Shown here: piece after piece, positions 14,841 to 28,377 of the stretch
Layout: the number at the start of each line of letters is the position of its first letter
How positions within the stretch are numbered: the first letter of the stretch is position 1
Source of the DNA: the human T2T-CHM13v2.0 reference genome, Homo sapiens
Reading direction: 5' to 3' (one strand)
Length of the DNA stretch: 64,000 nucleotides
Assembly (NCBI RefSeq): GCF_009914755.1
Contig: NC_060930.1
The notes under the pieces: generated by a model
The model's input: the letters and a program-made list of their open reading frames with translations, nothing else
The model's database searches: none
What the model was told of the DNA's origin: nothing
Translations under genes and position numbers: made by a program

Positions 14841-14971
14841 TTTTTTTTTTTAATCGAGACAAGGTCTCATTATGTTGCCCAGACTGGTCTTGATCTCCTT
14901 TGCTTAAGCAGTCTTCCCGCCTCAGCTGCCTAAAGTGCTGGGATTACAGGCATGAGCCATCATGCCTGGTC
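14841..14971 (-). mobile_element. FLAM/Alu left monomer
   Basis: single monomer 'gagacaaggtctcattatgttgcccagactgg...aaagtgctgggattacaggcatgagcc'. Confidence 0.85.
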
Positions 14972-15542
14972 TCGAACGTTCTCTTGAGGAAGCAATATGC
15001 ACAACTAGAAAGTGGGCAGACAGGGAACAGCAGTTTTCACTTGGAGAGGTAAAAGCTGAACATGGCCTTCCATGCATGTGGAAGGCAACTTGGCAAAGAA
15101 AAATGCGTCCTACCTACATTCTCTGTTTCTACAACTTCACTTTTTGGACCCACTAACATCAGCTCAGAAGCAAATTCTCCCCACACACTGTGGATGTAGC
15201 TTAAATCAAGTCAAAGGGAAGGCCTAAGGGCTAGAGTAGGAAAGTGCCTAACCTTTGCATATGACAACTCACCCAATGACTCGCCTATTTAGAATGGTTC
15301 CCATTTACTCAAAATTTGGAAAGAAAGAAAGAAACCAAGCCAAGTTCATGGCAAAGTTCAGCACCAGGAAGAATCTCTTTACTTTAATAATCTCCTCCCA
15401 TCTTCTTGATTTGATTTTTCACACATTCATTTATTCATCTTACATTCCAGAGAAACTTCTGGTGTAGGCCAAGACAACATCTATAGTTTCATAGAAACTA
15501 CTCATTGAATTGAAGTAAACAAACTGGAAAGCAAAAGCCAAA

Positions 15543-15734
15543 CAAGCTTGTCCAATCTGCGGCCCGTGGGCTGCAATGTGGCCCAGGGCAGCTCTCAATA
15601 CTGCCCAACACAAATTCACAAACTTTCTTAAAACATTATATCTTTTTGTGAATTTTTTTTTAGTGTATTTTATGTGTGGCCCAAGACAATTCTTCCAATG
15701 GGGTCTAGGGAAGCCAAAAGATTAGACACCCCTG
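15543..15734 (-). mobile_element. MER30 (hAT-Charlie MITE)
   Basis: ends CAAGCTTGTCCAA...GACACCCCTG are the reverse complement of the MER30 termini; internal 'gtgtggcccaagacaattctt'. Confidence 0.85.
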
Positions 15735-17779
15735 GTCTAGTATTTGTCTGTTTAAACTGTTTCACAAAAGCCAGCAGGAGACACTAGCTGTATTATGAAC
15801 ATCACGTGAATGTTTCTTATCTGACCATACTGCTCAGATATGTTGATTTCCTCCCCCATATATAGTATAAGCTTGCTCCTAGGACAGAATAGGAAAATAT
15901 CTAATATTATCCTTTGAGTTCAGAAACCTCACTGTGCACACTGATATGCTAGTTTTACATCTTAATGTAGTGAAAATCTAACCTTCCCACCTATGATAAA
16001 TACACGTAACTTGACCTGTAACTAGATACTTTTCAAATAACACTGACTGGGCATTTATTCTTTTAAAAAATCCCTCTTTAGTGCTAGCTTCTTCCATTCC
16101 TTCTGTAATCACTTGCATATGGGAAATGAAACAGTCCATTGCCTCTATTGTGTTACCTTTGGAATCCCACAGGGCTCCCTCTTTACCAAACAAGCAAGGA
16201 CTATATAAGTAAAATGAGGGCAAATTTTGTAGAACAGCAGGAGATAAGAATATGAAGATATTTTTTCATCTTTCTTTTTTTTTAAAAAAAATTCTTATTT
16301 GCAAGTTTGCAAGTCTTTCCTTATGACCGAGTAGCTGGAACTCCATTTGGCATACAAAGGTTTATTTTTTGTCTTATTCATCTCATTGAGAATTAGCTTT
16401 AAAAAGGAAAAAATATGTATCTTCTTGATATTAAGTTAGTAATGTACTGCTCTAACTAGTCATAATTTATGCTTGAGTCAGTTTGTATCACAAGTATACT
16501 TAGAATAAGAATGCCTTACAAGCATTTACCTTTCAAAATAAAATTGTTTTATGATTTAAAAATATGACAACATTAAAAAATAAATTCTAAAAGAAAAATT
16601 ATTTTTACATTTTCCACAGCTCTCCCTAGCTCTTATTTTAATGTTTTATGATGTTTACAAGGCTAGAGTACCAGAAGCTTGCTTTTTTTTCTTTCTCATA
16701 ATTATTCATGAAATTCAATTAACTTGTCATCAAATGAACTATTATGTTATCGTGGTCTTTTTGACCCTAGCAGTCAGACGTCCTGTGAGATACCTGAGTC
16801 AAAGTTTTACCTCATCTTCTTCTAAATTTTACTCTTTATGGAAATTAAACCCTTTATGAAGACATCCAAGCATCATTTTAAGCCAACTATTTACAAATCA
16901 GCAAAACTATTTATAGCAACATTTAAATAATATAAACATAACGATATATTAAACTCTCTATCCTAACCCTATTTCTCACAGAAAATTTTCAGAAATCGCT
17001 CGTAATTTATCTCTGATAAAAAACAACAACACCACTTTCTGGGCCTGTGTTTAACTTCAATAACATTTTTGAACATTTTTGACTTAATGTCAAAAACCCT
17101 CATAAACAGTGTCTCTTCAGTCTCTGCCCTGCAGCAGGAAGGACATGCTATCTTCTGCTCACCTTTTAAAAGACACAAAGACCTGCTTGCCTTTCCAGAT
17201 TTCCCTGATTTTCTCCCTGTTCCCCCATGCAAAAAATAATAATAATAAATAAAAAAAAAGAAAGAAAGGAAAATCTCAGAAACAATAAATAAAACTACAG
17301 AAGACAATAAAGGACGAAGTAAAGAGAAAGCCTCAAAACAAAAAGAAAAAAATATGCAGCAGTGCAGTGCTGCTGGTGTGCATGAAATACCCTGTGATAG
17401 CCTTTTCCTAATCATTAGGGAATAATTTTTCCTTCTCAAGTGAGAGACCTCCTTAGCCCTTTGAAACCTGGGTTGATGTTTACTAATTAATTTATATAGA
17501 ATGGTCCCTTAGCAACCATTTCAAACAGGATCTGTTACCTCTGCTCTCTGGGTTTAAAGGAACGCATCCTTTTCCAAGACAACCGTGTTTGTAAAGGCCA
17601 GCAGCATGCGGCAGTATTCTAGAGACTGGTATCAAGTGATGCTTCCACAATACTTCAATGATGAAAGAACATCTTAGAAGTTGTGATGTTGCTATTTGAT
17701 GGTGAAATAAGTTTTTCATATCATTTAATTTGTAGTTATTGTTTTACCAGATGGGAAGACTTTTAAACCAATAAATAAT

Positions 17780-17965
17780 CACTGTCTGCCATGCTGTATA
17801 TATTTACTTATTTACTGGCTTATTGTCATCTCTCACTTACTCTAAAGTATATAAGCTCTACAAGGAAATGATATTTAGTCTGTTTTGTTCATTGCATTCT
17901 CAGAATCTAGTCCCTGGCATAAAGTAGCCACTCAATAAATATTTGCGAGCTGAATAAATGAATAC
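17780..17965 (+). mobile_element. L2 3' end
   Basis: 'ccctggcataaagtagccactcaataaatatttg...aataaatgaat' terminus. Confidence 0.7.
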
Positions 17966-18209
17966 ACGAATAAGGATTTTCCCGTATTTTGATAAGAGGA
18001 TAAAGGACAAAGATAAATAATATTTACAAATTTCTTAAGTCACTCTTTGAAGGGATTTTTAATGAATGATTATAAGTGCTTCCCAGGGATTTACAAATTA
18101 TAATGGGAATTTGATTTTATTTTCACTGTAGTATGTGTTATGATGGGATCCTCCTATTGTGAACCTTGTCACCTAACCCATATCTCCCTACCCTTACTTA
18201 TAATGTCTT

Positions 18210-18428
18210 TTTTCTTTTAATAGATTTTATTTTTTAAAAGCAGTTTTAGATTCATAGCAAAATTTAGAGGAAGGTACAGAGATTTCCCATATATCCCCTG
18301 CCCCCACATATGTGTAGCCTTCCCCATTACCAACATTCCTCGGACCAGAGTGGTACATTTGTTACAAACAACCTACATGTCACATCATAATCACCCATAG
18401 TCTACAGTCTACATTAAAGTTCACTCTT
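18210..18428 (-). mobile_element. L1MC-like 3' end
   Basis: 'agcagttttagattcatagcaaaattt...ccagagtggtacatttgttaca' matches the L1MC1/2-type 3'UTR. Confidence 0.8.
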
Positions 18429-21400
18429 TCCATCTGGTCCAGGGGTTTATTAGGTTGATAGTTTTTTTTTAATCACTAATGGAATTCTGGAATTCAATAT
18501 TGTTCTGTTCAGGGTTTCAATTTCTTCCTGATTCAATCTTGGAAGATTGTGTTTCCGGGAATTTATCCATTTCCTCTAGATTTTCTAATTGTGTGCATAG
18601 AGGTGCTCATAATAATCTCTAATGATCCTTTGTCTTTCTGTGGGATTATTTGTAAAGTCACCTTTGTCATTTCTGATTGTGCTTATTTGGCTCTTCTATC
18701 TTGTTTTCTTTGTTGATCTAGCTAGCAGTCTATTGATCTTGTTTATCCTTTCAGAAAACAAACTTTTGGTTTTGTTGATTCTTTATATGGATTTTTGGAT
18801 CTCAATTTCGTTCAGTTCTGCCCTGGTTTAGTTCTTTTCTTCTCTAGATTTGAGGTTAGTTTGTCCTTGATTTTCTAGTTCCTATAGGTGTGATGTCAGA
18901 TTGTTAATTTGAGATTTTTCTAACTTTGTGAGGTAGGTGTTCAGAGCTATCAATTTTCCTCTTAACACCACTTTTGCTGCATCCCAGAGATTTTGATATT
19001 GTGTCTCTGTTTTCACTGATTTCAAAGATTTTTTTCATTTCTGCTTCAATTTCTTTGTTTACCCAAAAGTCATTCAAGAGCAAGTTGTTTAATTTTCCTG
19101 TAATTGTGTGGTTTTGAGAGGTCTTCTTGGTATTGATTTCTATTTTTATTCCACTGTGGTTCAAGAGTATGGTTGGTATGATTTTGATATTTTTGCATTT
19201 ATGGAGACTTGCTGTATGACTGAGCATGTGGTTGACCTTAGAGTATGTTCTGTGTGCAGACGAGAAAAATGTATACTCTGTGGTTGGTGTATAGAATATT
19301 AAGTGTCTATTATGTCCAATTGATTGTATCAAATTTAAGTCTAGAATTCTTTGTTATTTTTCTGCCTCAATGCTCTAACACTGTCAGTAAGTGTTGAAGT
19401 CCCATGTTATCATTGTTTGGCTGTCTATGTCTTTTTGTAGACCTATAAGTACTTGTTTTGTAATCTGGGTGCTCTTATGTTGGGTGAGTATATATTTAGG
19501 ACAGTTGGGTCTTCTTATTGAATTGAACCCTTTATCATTATGTAATGCCCTTCCTTGTCCTTTTTTACTGTTGTTGGTTCAAAGTCTGTTTTATCTGATA
19601 TAAAAATAGTGACCTTTGCTCTTTTTAGTTTTCTATTTGTGTGATAGATTTCTCTCTAGCCCTTTACTTTGAGCCTATGGATGTCATTAGATGTGAGATG
19701 TGTCTCTTGAAGACAGAAGATGGATGGGTCTTACTTTTGTATCCGACGTGCCACTCTATGCCTTTTAAGCGGGGTGTTTAAACCATTTACATTCAAAGTT
19801 AATATTGATATGTAATGTTTTGATCATATTGTGAAGTTGTTAGCTGGTTGCTTTGCAGTTTCTATTGTGTGATTGCTTTATAAGGTGTATGGGCTATGTA
19901 TTTAAGGTGTTTTTGTGGTAGTAGATATTTTATTTTTATATTTAGAACTGTCTTAAAGATCTCTTGTAAGGCTGGTCTAATAGTAACAAATTCCCTTAGT
20001 CTTTGCTTGTCTGGAAAATATATTATTCCTCCACTTATGAAGCATATTTTGACAGGATATGAAATTCTTGGTTGGAATTTCTTTTCATTAAGAATGCTGA
20101 AACTAGACATCTAATCTCTACTGGCTTGTAAAGTTTCTGCTGAGAAGTCCACTATCAGCCTGATGGGGTTCTCTTCTCTCTAGCTGCCTTTAAGAGTTTT
20201 TTGTTTGTTTGTTTGTTTTGGGGTTTTTTTTTTAGCATTGACCTTGGACAGTCTGATGAATAAATGACTTGGGGATGCTCTTTTTTTAGAGCGACAGGTG
20301 TCCTCTGGATTTCTTGCATCTGGATGTCTATCTCTTTATCATGATTAGGGAAATTTTCTTGAGTTATTCTCTCAAATATATTTTCCCGGTTTTTTACTTT
20401 TTCTCATGTCTCTCAGAAATCCCAACAATTTGTAGGTTTGGTTGCTTTATATAATCACATATTTCTTGAAGACTTCATTTATTTTTCTTAATTCCTTTTC
20501 CTTTATTTTTGTCTGACTGGGTTCATTTGAAAGGCCAGTCTTCGAGTCCTGAAATTGTTTCTTCTGCTCGGTCCAGTCTATTGATAGAATTTTCTATTGT
20601 ATTTTTTTTTTTTTTTTGAGACAGAGTCTCGCTCTGTCGCCCAGGCTGGAGTGTAATGGCATGAACTCGGCTGACTGTGCCTCAGCCTCCCAAAGTGTTG
20701 GGATTTCAGGTGTGAGCCACTGCGCCTGGCCTTCAATTGTATTTTGAAATTCCTTAGGTAAATTTTTCAATTCCAGAAGCCCTGATTGACTTCTTTTAAA
20801 AATGTTGATCTCTTCCTGTGTTTCCCGGATTGCTTTAAAAGTTTCTTCTTGTTAATTTTCAACCTTACCTTGCATTTCATTCAGCTTCCTTGCAATCCAC
20901 GCTTTGAATTTTTTACCTTTTTGTCATTTTTGAGTTTCCATTTTGGTTAGGGATCATTGCTGGAGAGCAAATGTGATCTTTTGGTGGTGTCACTACATTC
21001 AGATTTTTCATAGTGCCATAATTTTTGCACTAGTACCTTCTCATCTGGAGACACTGACACTTCTAGTTTTTGTAATTATTTTTGTGCACATAGGAATTTT
21101 TCTTTTTCTTTCTTTCCACATAATATTATTGTTCTTTTTTCTTCCTCTTTTGTTTCTTTTTATTATTTTTTCTTTTCCTCTCTCTTTCCCTTCCTCCCTA
21201 GGGGCTGAGACTGTAGAGAATGCTGAGTAAGGTCTTTTGGTTTTGCTTCTATAGACATAAGTACTTCTATTGGCAGGTTCTTTATTGGGCTGTGTTGTAT
21301 GACCTATAAGCCAGTAGATGGCACTTATGAGTAAGTGCTTGCTGTGGCCAGTGTGGCTGAATATACACCTGATCCGTGTTTACTGGGAGAAGCTCTCTGT

Positions 21401-21758
21401 TACTTCAGACAATGGGCTAATCCATGAAGTGCACAGTGGCCTGAGCTCTCTGCCCAGCCCTGAGGAGACGAGGGGCAAAATGGGTGGGGACATATAAGGC
21501 AGGTCTGCCTACAGGTCCTCTAATGGCAGGCACAAGCACCAGCACCAGCACCAGCTCTAAGGGATAATTCAGTAGGCATCCATAAAGCACTTAGAAGCAT
21601 GCCTAGGTGTGAAGCTGGGAAACTCCCTCAGCCCCAAGTTCTTGCACAGGGGGAGCAGGACAGCCTAAATTCCTAATCCAGAAGAGTGGGTGCTCCTGAG
21701 GCCTGGAGAATCTCCCTGCATGTGGAGTGTAGAGTGCCCTCCTGCACCATAATCTCTA
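18429..21758 (-). mobile_element. L1 (L1PB/L1MA-like) 5' part: 5'UTR, degenerate ORF1, ORF2 endonuclease region
   Basis: ORF 18904-19332 gives EYTFFSSAHRTYSKVNHML (ORF2p EN); ORF 19862-20110 gives KKFQPRISYP...LREFVTIRPALQE (ORF1p C-terminus); GC-richer 5'UTR-like sequence at 21250-21755. Confidence 0.9.
20606..20731 (-). mobile_element. internally deleted Alu within L1
   Basis: Alu 3' ~60 bp fused to Alu 5' ~52 bp; TSD TTC(T/A)ATTGTATTTT at 20592-20605 and 20732-20745. Confidence 0.9.
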
Positions 21759-22455
21759 GAATTTTTAATATTAATGATTTCCAGCTTATCAATTCTTTAT
21801 TTCATGGATTATGACTTTGGTGTCGTATCTTGAAAGTTATCCCCAATACTAAGGTCACCTAGATTTTCTCCTATATTATCTTACAGAAGTTTTAGAGTTT
21901 TGCATTTTACATTTAGGTTAGTGATTTGTTTCAAGTTTATTTTTGTGAAGGTTGAAGGTTTGTGCCTAGATTCATTTATTTTTTGCCTGTTATTGTTCAC
22001 TTCGTCCAGCACCGTTTGTTGAAAAGATCACCTCTTCTCCATTGTATTGCGTTTGTTCCCTTTTCAAAGATCAGTTGACTAAATTTATGTGGGTCTATTT
22101 CTGGGCTCTCTCTTCTCCTCCGTTGATCTATTTGTCTGTTCTTTTGCCAGTGTCACACTGTCTTGATTACTGTAGCTTTATAGTCCATCTTGAAGCCAGA
22201 TAGTGTCAGTCTTCCAACTTTGTTCTTCTCCTTCAATATTGTGTATTCTGGGTCTTTTGCCTATCTATATAAACTTTAGAATCAATTTATTGATATTCAC
22301 AAAATAACTTGCTGGGATTTTGATTAGGATTGCATTGAATTTATAAATCAAGTTGGGAAGAACTGAACTGACAACATGGAGTCTTCCTATTCATGAGCAT
22401 GAAATATCTTCCATTTATTCTTTGATTTCTTTCATCAGACTTGTATAATTTTTAG
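21759..22455 (-). mobile_element. L1MC-like ORF2 3' region (continuation of 18210-18428)
   Basis: 'ccagcaccgtttgttgaaaagatc', 'cacactgtcttgattactgtagctttatag' are L1M ORF2 antisense. Confidence 0.8.
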
Positions 22456-22464
22456 TATAGTTTT

Positions 22465-22960
22465 TTAAATGCCATCTTTACCCAGTTCTGAGGCCCTGCA
22501 TAAAAGTCAGTGAATTCCTCTTCTTGATCAGCCAAATTAAGTCTATACCCCAGTCACCTCCATTATGGAATTTTCATGAGACTCAGGCCATGATCCCCTT
22601 TTGCTAAGCACCTCAGGGACAGGTACCAAACAACTAAAGACAGCCCCTATGCACCAGTGCTTGCTGAACTTATTCAGAGTAGCCAATTGTAAACTCATTT
22701 ACCCTCTCTTGCCTATTCCTTCCCTTGGAAACCAGCATGTTTGCCCACAGTTCTGCTTTCTTCCTCTGCCTCAGGACTGACCCTGTTGCTTCCCCTGAGT
22801 GGTTTTATGTTAGAGGTAGTGGGGTTGGTGGGTATCTGTGTTCTCCCAAGAAAATTGTGTGGGCATAAAACTACAACTCTTTCCAATTAGCCTCTCTTGA
22901 TCTATGCATGGCCTTACCATACCTCACCCAAGGTAACAGAGTTATTAATGAAACATACCA
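22465..22960 (+). mobile_element. ERVL-type LTR (MER54/73/74-like)
   Basis: 'caggtaccaaacaactaaagacagcccctatgcacc', 'ttattcagagtagccaat'; family recalled from memory. Confidence 0.5.
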
Positions 22961-22989
22961 CCATCGCAAGATCTCTCACTGATGTATCG

Positions 22990-23777
22990 GTGCTTCTTTT
23001 TGTGGGCTTACTGTCTTGCTGCTGGAGTGAACTTTGCTGTTCATATGGAAAGCTGAAAGTTCTGGAGAAATAACACCCCCAGAGAATAGCTCTCAGCCAA
23101 TGGCTAACTGGAATGAGTGTATAAATACTCTAGTTCCCTTCTCCTCAGATCCATTAACTTTGATGCATGCATTTTATGCCACCTCCCAGCCTTTCCCCAG
23201 CATCCATCTTCTTACATTGCTAGCTAGATAACCATCTTTATTGCTTGCCTCCTCTTTGCTGTCTCACTTTCCCATTCCCCAACCCATGTTTTCCTTTACC
23301 TTATCAGTAAACTACTTGGACCTTACTTTGGTTTTCTGTGGTGGCCATGAGAAATTGACATAACAAAAATGTATTCTCCTACAGTTCTAGAGGCCAGAAC
23401 TCCTTTTGCCAGCTTTACAGGAGCATCGTTGCTTACCTCTCCCAGCTGCTAGTGCCTTCACAGATAGCTTGGCTTGTGGCAGGATAACTTCAATCTCTGC
23501 TTCCATCATCACATTGCCTTCTCCTCTCCTATAGTCAAAGATCCTTCTGTCCCCATTTTCTAAGGGAAATTGTCATTGGACTTAAGGTCCCCTAATTAAA
23601 GATAATCTCATTTCAAGAACCTTAGCTTAATTACATCTCAAAGGTTCTTTTTCCAAATAAGGTCACATTCACAGGTTCTGAGCAGATGTATCTTTTGGAG
23701 GAGAATGCCATTCAACTCACTGTAGATCTGAATCCTTGTCTAAGTGTATGCTTCTGGAGGGAACCCAAACTATGACT
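22990..23777 (+). mobile_element. LTR16-like solo LTR interrupted by an MLT1
   Basis: 'gctctcagccaatggctaactgg...gtataaatac' and terminus 'tgcttctggagggaacccaaactatgac'. Confidence 0.6.
23325..23723 (-). mobile_element. MLT1C/D-like MaLR LTR
   Basis: 'acagttctagaggccaga', 'ttccaaataaggtcacattcacaggttctg'. Confidence 0.75.
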
Positions 23778-24714
23778 TTTGGGTCATGTAAAATGAGTTT
23801 AGATTGTTTCAGTTAGTTAAGAGTTCACAATTTAGTGACTAAGATCCAGACCCATCCTTTCTTCTGTGGATGCTCTCAGAAGACTGCTGTCTGTACAGAG
23901 AAATGGTTTCTATTTCTTAGTCTCAACTTGGCTTCTATCCAATTGAAATAAGTAATGAAGCAAATTTTCATTCTTATCTCTAAATGTTTACAGTCTTTGG
24001 AGCATTTCTATAGTAAGAGGAGAAGTGAACCTCATTACTCCAGAAAGAATTACTTTTCTTCTTTATCTCTTTTTTATTTTCCATGACATTCTTTCCCAAT
24101 ATATAGAAGCATGTCTGAATCCAGAATCCCCAACCTCTCCTTTTAGGCAGGTCACTTCTCCTAAAGATTAATGCAAATGAAGGTCTTGCACAAATATCTC
24201 TAATCAGCGTCAGACAAATACCAATCAGGTTCTTTGTGCTCTGGCTCAGTAGGGTGCTATTAAGATGATTGAAAACCAGACCTGTGCATCCCGCCAGCAC
24301 TAGTCCTGCCCTGCGCAGTCACATCATGGTGATCTTCTCCACTTTTCTTAGCTGCCAGCCCAGTGTGGTTGATCATCTGGAGAAAAACAATGCGTATTGG
24401 GACTCAAACTATGGTGTGGTACAGATTTTGTTTTGAAACCCCACTTTGAAAATATCCTGTCTGTTGTATGTACAGCAAAGACTGCTGATCATAATTAATA
24501 TGCATTCAATTTTGTTTATGCTTAAAGAAAAGATATATTCAGAAAGCTTACCTGCAATGTACATAAGAACATGTCATAATTTAAAAGCTATCTTGGCATG
24601 CTGCGCTATACAGAGCAGGATGCTACATCCCACAGACTACCATGGTGCTTAATTCCTAGCCTAAGAAACAGAAAGAGGGCAAATGTTCTGAAAAATGGAC
24701 CTCCACCCCAAAAT

Positions 24715-24910
24715 ACGTATGAACATATATAATATTATAATATATACTATATATAATGTGACTAATGATAAATATATATAATATGTGCATATTATGTATT
24801 ACAAACACACATATATACCTATTATATTATGAACATGTATTATATATACACATAATACAGCATACTTTATATATAATATCAGAGCATGTATGTGTTATTT
24901 ATATATAACT
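24715..24910. repeat. degenerate (TA)n/AT-rich low-complexity tract
   Basis: visible tatata/atata runs. Confidence 0.75.
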
Positions 24911-25500
24911 TATTTGAACCTCAATCTCCTCATCTATAAAATGAGGGTTACAATATCTAACTCTATGATTAGTTTGAAGATTAAATTAGTTATATAAATA
25001 GTGTACTTAAAGCCTAGCATACAAGAGGAACTCAATTGTAGTGAGTTTCTTTTTCCTGACATTTATGCATTTAAACCAAATACATGGAAATGTAACCAGG
25101 TAGAAAAATTTTAATATGTATTACTTTCAATGGTTACCAGAGAAAAGAATCAAGGATCATACTTATTTTCTAAGTGGAAGAGTCTAAATTTATTTCCAGT
25201 ATATCAAGGCATCAAAAATAATTGAGTTAATTTTCAGTCTTTCTCTGCTTTCACCATATCTATTATTTAATACCATCTATAAATATTCAGAATTCTCTAT
25301 TTCATTTTTATTCTGAAATTTTCATTCCAGATATTACCAGGTTCAGATCTGTATACATCATCTGTCTTTTTAAAAAGAGACTAATTAATGTACTTTATTA
25401 AACTGGACTATTTTTAGGTTTGCTTTTATTTTTAAAATCTATGTTAGTATACACAAAACATTTAGTAAACAGAACCATAAATGAATTATTATTACATTTG

Positions 25501-26042
25501 TGTAGTGAATTAAAGAAAACTTCAAATTATTTGATATTCCTCCCATCAAGAGTTAAGGTCTACACCCTTCCTCTTGAATCTGAATGGTTTCTGTGACTGT
25601 TTAACAAAATTGCCAAAACAATGCTGTACTGGCTCAGGCCTTAAGAAATTAGCAATGTTCCCTTCTGTTCTCTAAGAATGCTGTCTCCGGGCACCCTGAA
25701 ACACCATGTAAGAAGTCCGATTACTCTAAGACCACCGTGATGGAGAGAGGGGTTACTTGCAGGTGCTTCAGTTGATGGTCACATTGAGCCCATACCTCCA
25801 GCCACCCCTGCCAAGATGCCAAACATGTGAGTGGCATCATCTTCAGCCCTCTATGTAGTACAGCCACTAGCTGAATTCCACTAATGCTCCTCAGTTAATG
25901 CCACAGGGAGCAGAACAGTTGCCCTGCTGGGCACTGCCAGCATTCCTAACCCCTAGAACTGTGTCATATAATCAAACATGGACTGTTTTAAGCTACTAAG
26001 TTTTGGAGGTAATTGGCTACATAACAATAGATAATCACAACA
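25501..26042 (+). mobile_element. MLT1G/H-like MaLR LTR
   Basis: 'tcctcccatcaagag', 'ccatgtaagaagtccgattactct', 'tttaagctactaagttttgg...caatagataa'. Confidence 0.75.
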
Positions 26043-28377
26043 ATAGATTTACCAAAAGGGAGTACAATGTGTTTCTCTCACTATAGGAATTATTAGTATG
26101 GATTCAGAGGATGTGTTGTGATTGCCAGTAAATTGAAATGGATCAATAGAATAAAAAGAAACTATGATATTTTTAGCAACTAAGATAGTTTTATAATTAC
26201 TTGTTGGCCATCTTATTCAAACCTGGGAATATTTCATGATCAATGCTGATGTAAAATATGGTTCTTCTAAAAAATATTCATTTTTCAGGAAATTATTACG
26301 AATATCTGATTCAGACCTCTGAAATTCCCTTGTGAGGCTGTAAATATGATAAGTTAACATCAGTTTTACTTAAGTTGTAAAATATTCCTGAAATAACTGA
26401 CATTATAACAGATTCAATGTAATACTGTTCTCTGGTAACACTACAGTTCAGAAGTGAGTGATAAATTAAGTTTTGTGGAACACCAGGTACTATTTGTAAT
26501 GCTTTTAATAATTTTTATATTTAGAAAATAAATACCAGAGGACAACAAGAGAGTGTAATAATTACCTAGGTCAGCTGAGTATTGAGACATGTTGGGAATA
26601 CTTAAAATATAAGTAGTTAAGATGAATTGCAAATGGATTCCTTGCTTGAAATCTCCTTCACTTCACTTTCCACCTCTGTCAATTATTCTCCCCTTTCTTT
26701 ATACTGCACATTTCCCCAGGATAATGAAGTGGGTATTGCATCTATTTTCAAGGCTTTAGCCATAAAACGTACATTCAAGACATAAAACACATTTGAAGAG
26801 ACCCAGATTTATATTTCTACTCTTGTTCTTTTCACTAAGTTCTAGACCTATATTTTCAATTGCATAAAAATATGTCCTGACTCTCTAACACCACAAACAT
26901 GTCCAACATTAAAAAAAAAGACTCATTAGATCCAACTGCATAATCATTCAAATCTATCAAGCTAGAAACTTTAGGGTGACTTTTATCTTCCTCTTCCATC
27001 ATCCCACAGATAATTGAACTTCCAATCCTGTGATTTCTATCTCTGAAACATTGCTTCTAGTCTGCCTCATGTCCCTCTCTCCACACAATTTAGGCTCTCA
27101 TCATCTATTTTCTGCACTTGTGTGATAATCTCTCTCTCTGTAAAGGCAAATCACTTCCAGATTTGTTTTTAAAAACATGTCCAAGAGAAAACAAAATACA
27201 GCAAGAAAAATGTTTCCTTTCAACATAATGCTATAAAAAGCCATGTCCCATCTGAGAAAATGACATGCTTCCTTCATTCTAATTAAATTACTGCAAAAAT
27301 GTTTAATGTGAATTTTATTAAATTATAAATGACAGAAGTATGCACGAATCATAAGTGTACAGTTCAGTGAATTTTCAAAAAATGAACACACTAGTAACTT
27401 TTAATGTGTAACCACCACACATAAAAAAAGAACACTAGCATTGCCCAAAGCCTCTTGCTTTTTCTCTTCCCAAAGGTAACCACTCGTAGGACTTCTATTG
27501 TTATCAATTAGCTTTTTCAGTTTTTGAACTTTACATAAATGGAATAATGGTATAATTCACTTGTGTCAGTTTTCTTTTGTCCAACTATAAAGTTGATGTT
27601 TATGTTACGTATAGCAGTACTTTGTTCATTCTTGTTGTTACATACTATTCCCATTGTGTGAATATACTACAGTTAATTTATCCAGTCTGCCATTGATAGA
27701 CATTTGAATTTTTCAGTTTTAGGCTACTGTAAAGAGTGCATTGTGAACATATTTTACTCATCTTTGGGTTAAATATATATGCAATTTTATTAGCTATGTC
27801 CCTAGGAAGGCAACTGTTGGGTTGTAGAAACGTTCATATTTACAAATACTGCTAAATGCTTTTCCCAAGTGGTTATAGCGTTTTTTGGTTTCTTGTAACA
27901 GTATATAGGAGTGTCTCTTAATTCAAATCTTAGTAGCAGTTTGTGTCATTAGTATGTTCAATCTTAGCATTTAGTGAGCATATAGTTTTATTCGTTGGAT
28001 TTAAATTACACTCTGGGCTGACTAATGAGATTTGTTCTATTTTTATATGTTTTTTGATGATTTGAATACGTTTTTTGATGAAATGCCCTTTCAAACATTT
28101 TAAACATTTTTTAAAAGTTGGTTGGTTGCTTTGACTTGATTTTTTGGTAGAAGTTCTTTACATATTTCACACATGATTCCATTCTCGACATATGCATGGC
28201 AAGAATTTTTTACTCTGTGGCCTGCCTTATTACTCTTATGAATCTTTTGATAAACATAGGCTTTTCATTTCAATATGATCCAATTTTTCAAGGCTTTTCA
28301 TTTTGGTTAGTTTTTCTTTAAAAAAAACCTCTGCCTAGATGCGATTTTTTAGAATGGTTATTAATTTACCTTTAACT

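Noticed and set aside
16969-17439. 156-aa minus-strand ORF
   Set aside because: Phe/Tyr runs come from T-rich low-complexity DNA; non-ATG start; it reads through a consensus splice donor
18904-20110. ORFs resembling an endonuclease and an RNA-binding protein
   Set aside because: Broken L1 ORF2p/ORF1p remnants with stops and frameshifts, not host genes or an active element
24335-24425. Possible + exon after ttctccacttttcttag
   Set aside because: Acceptor is plausible but the downstream donors (GTGTGG, GTACAG) are weak; not listed as a feature
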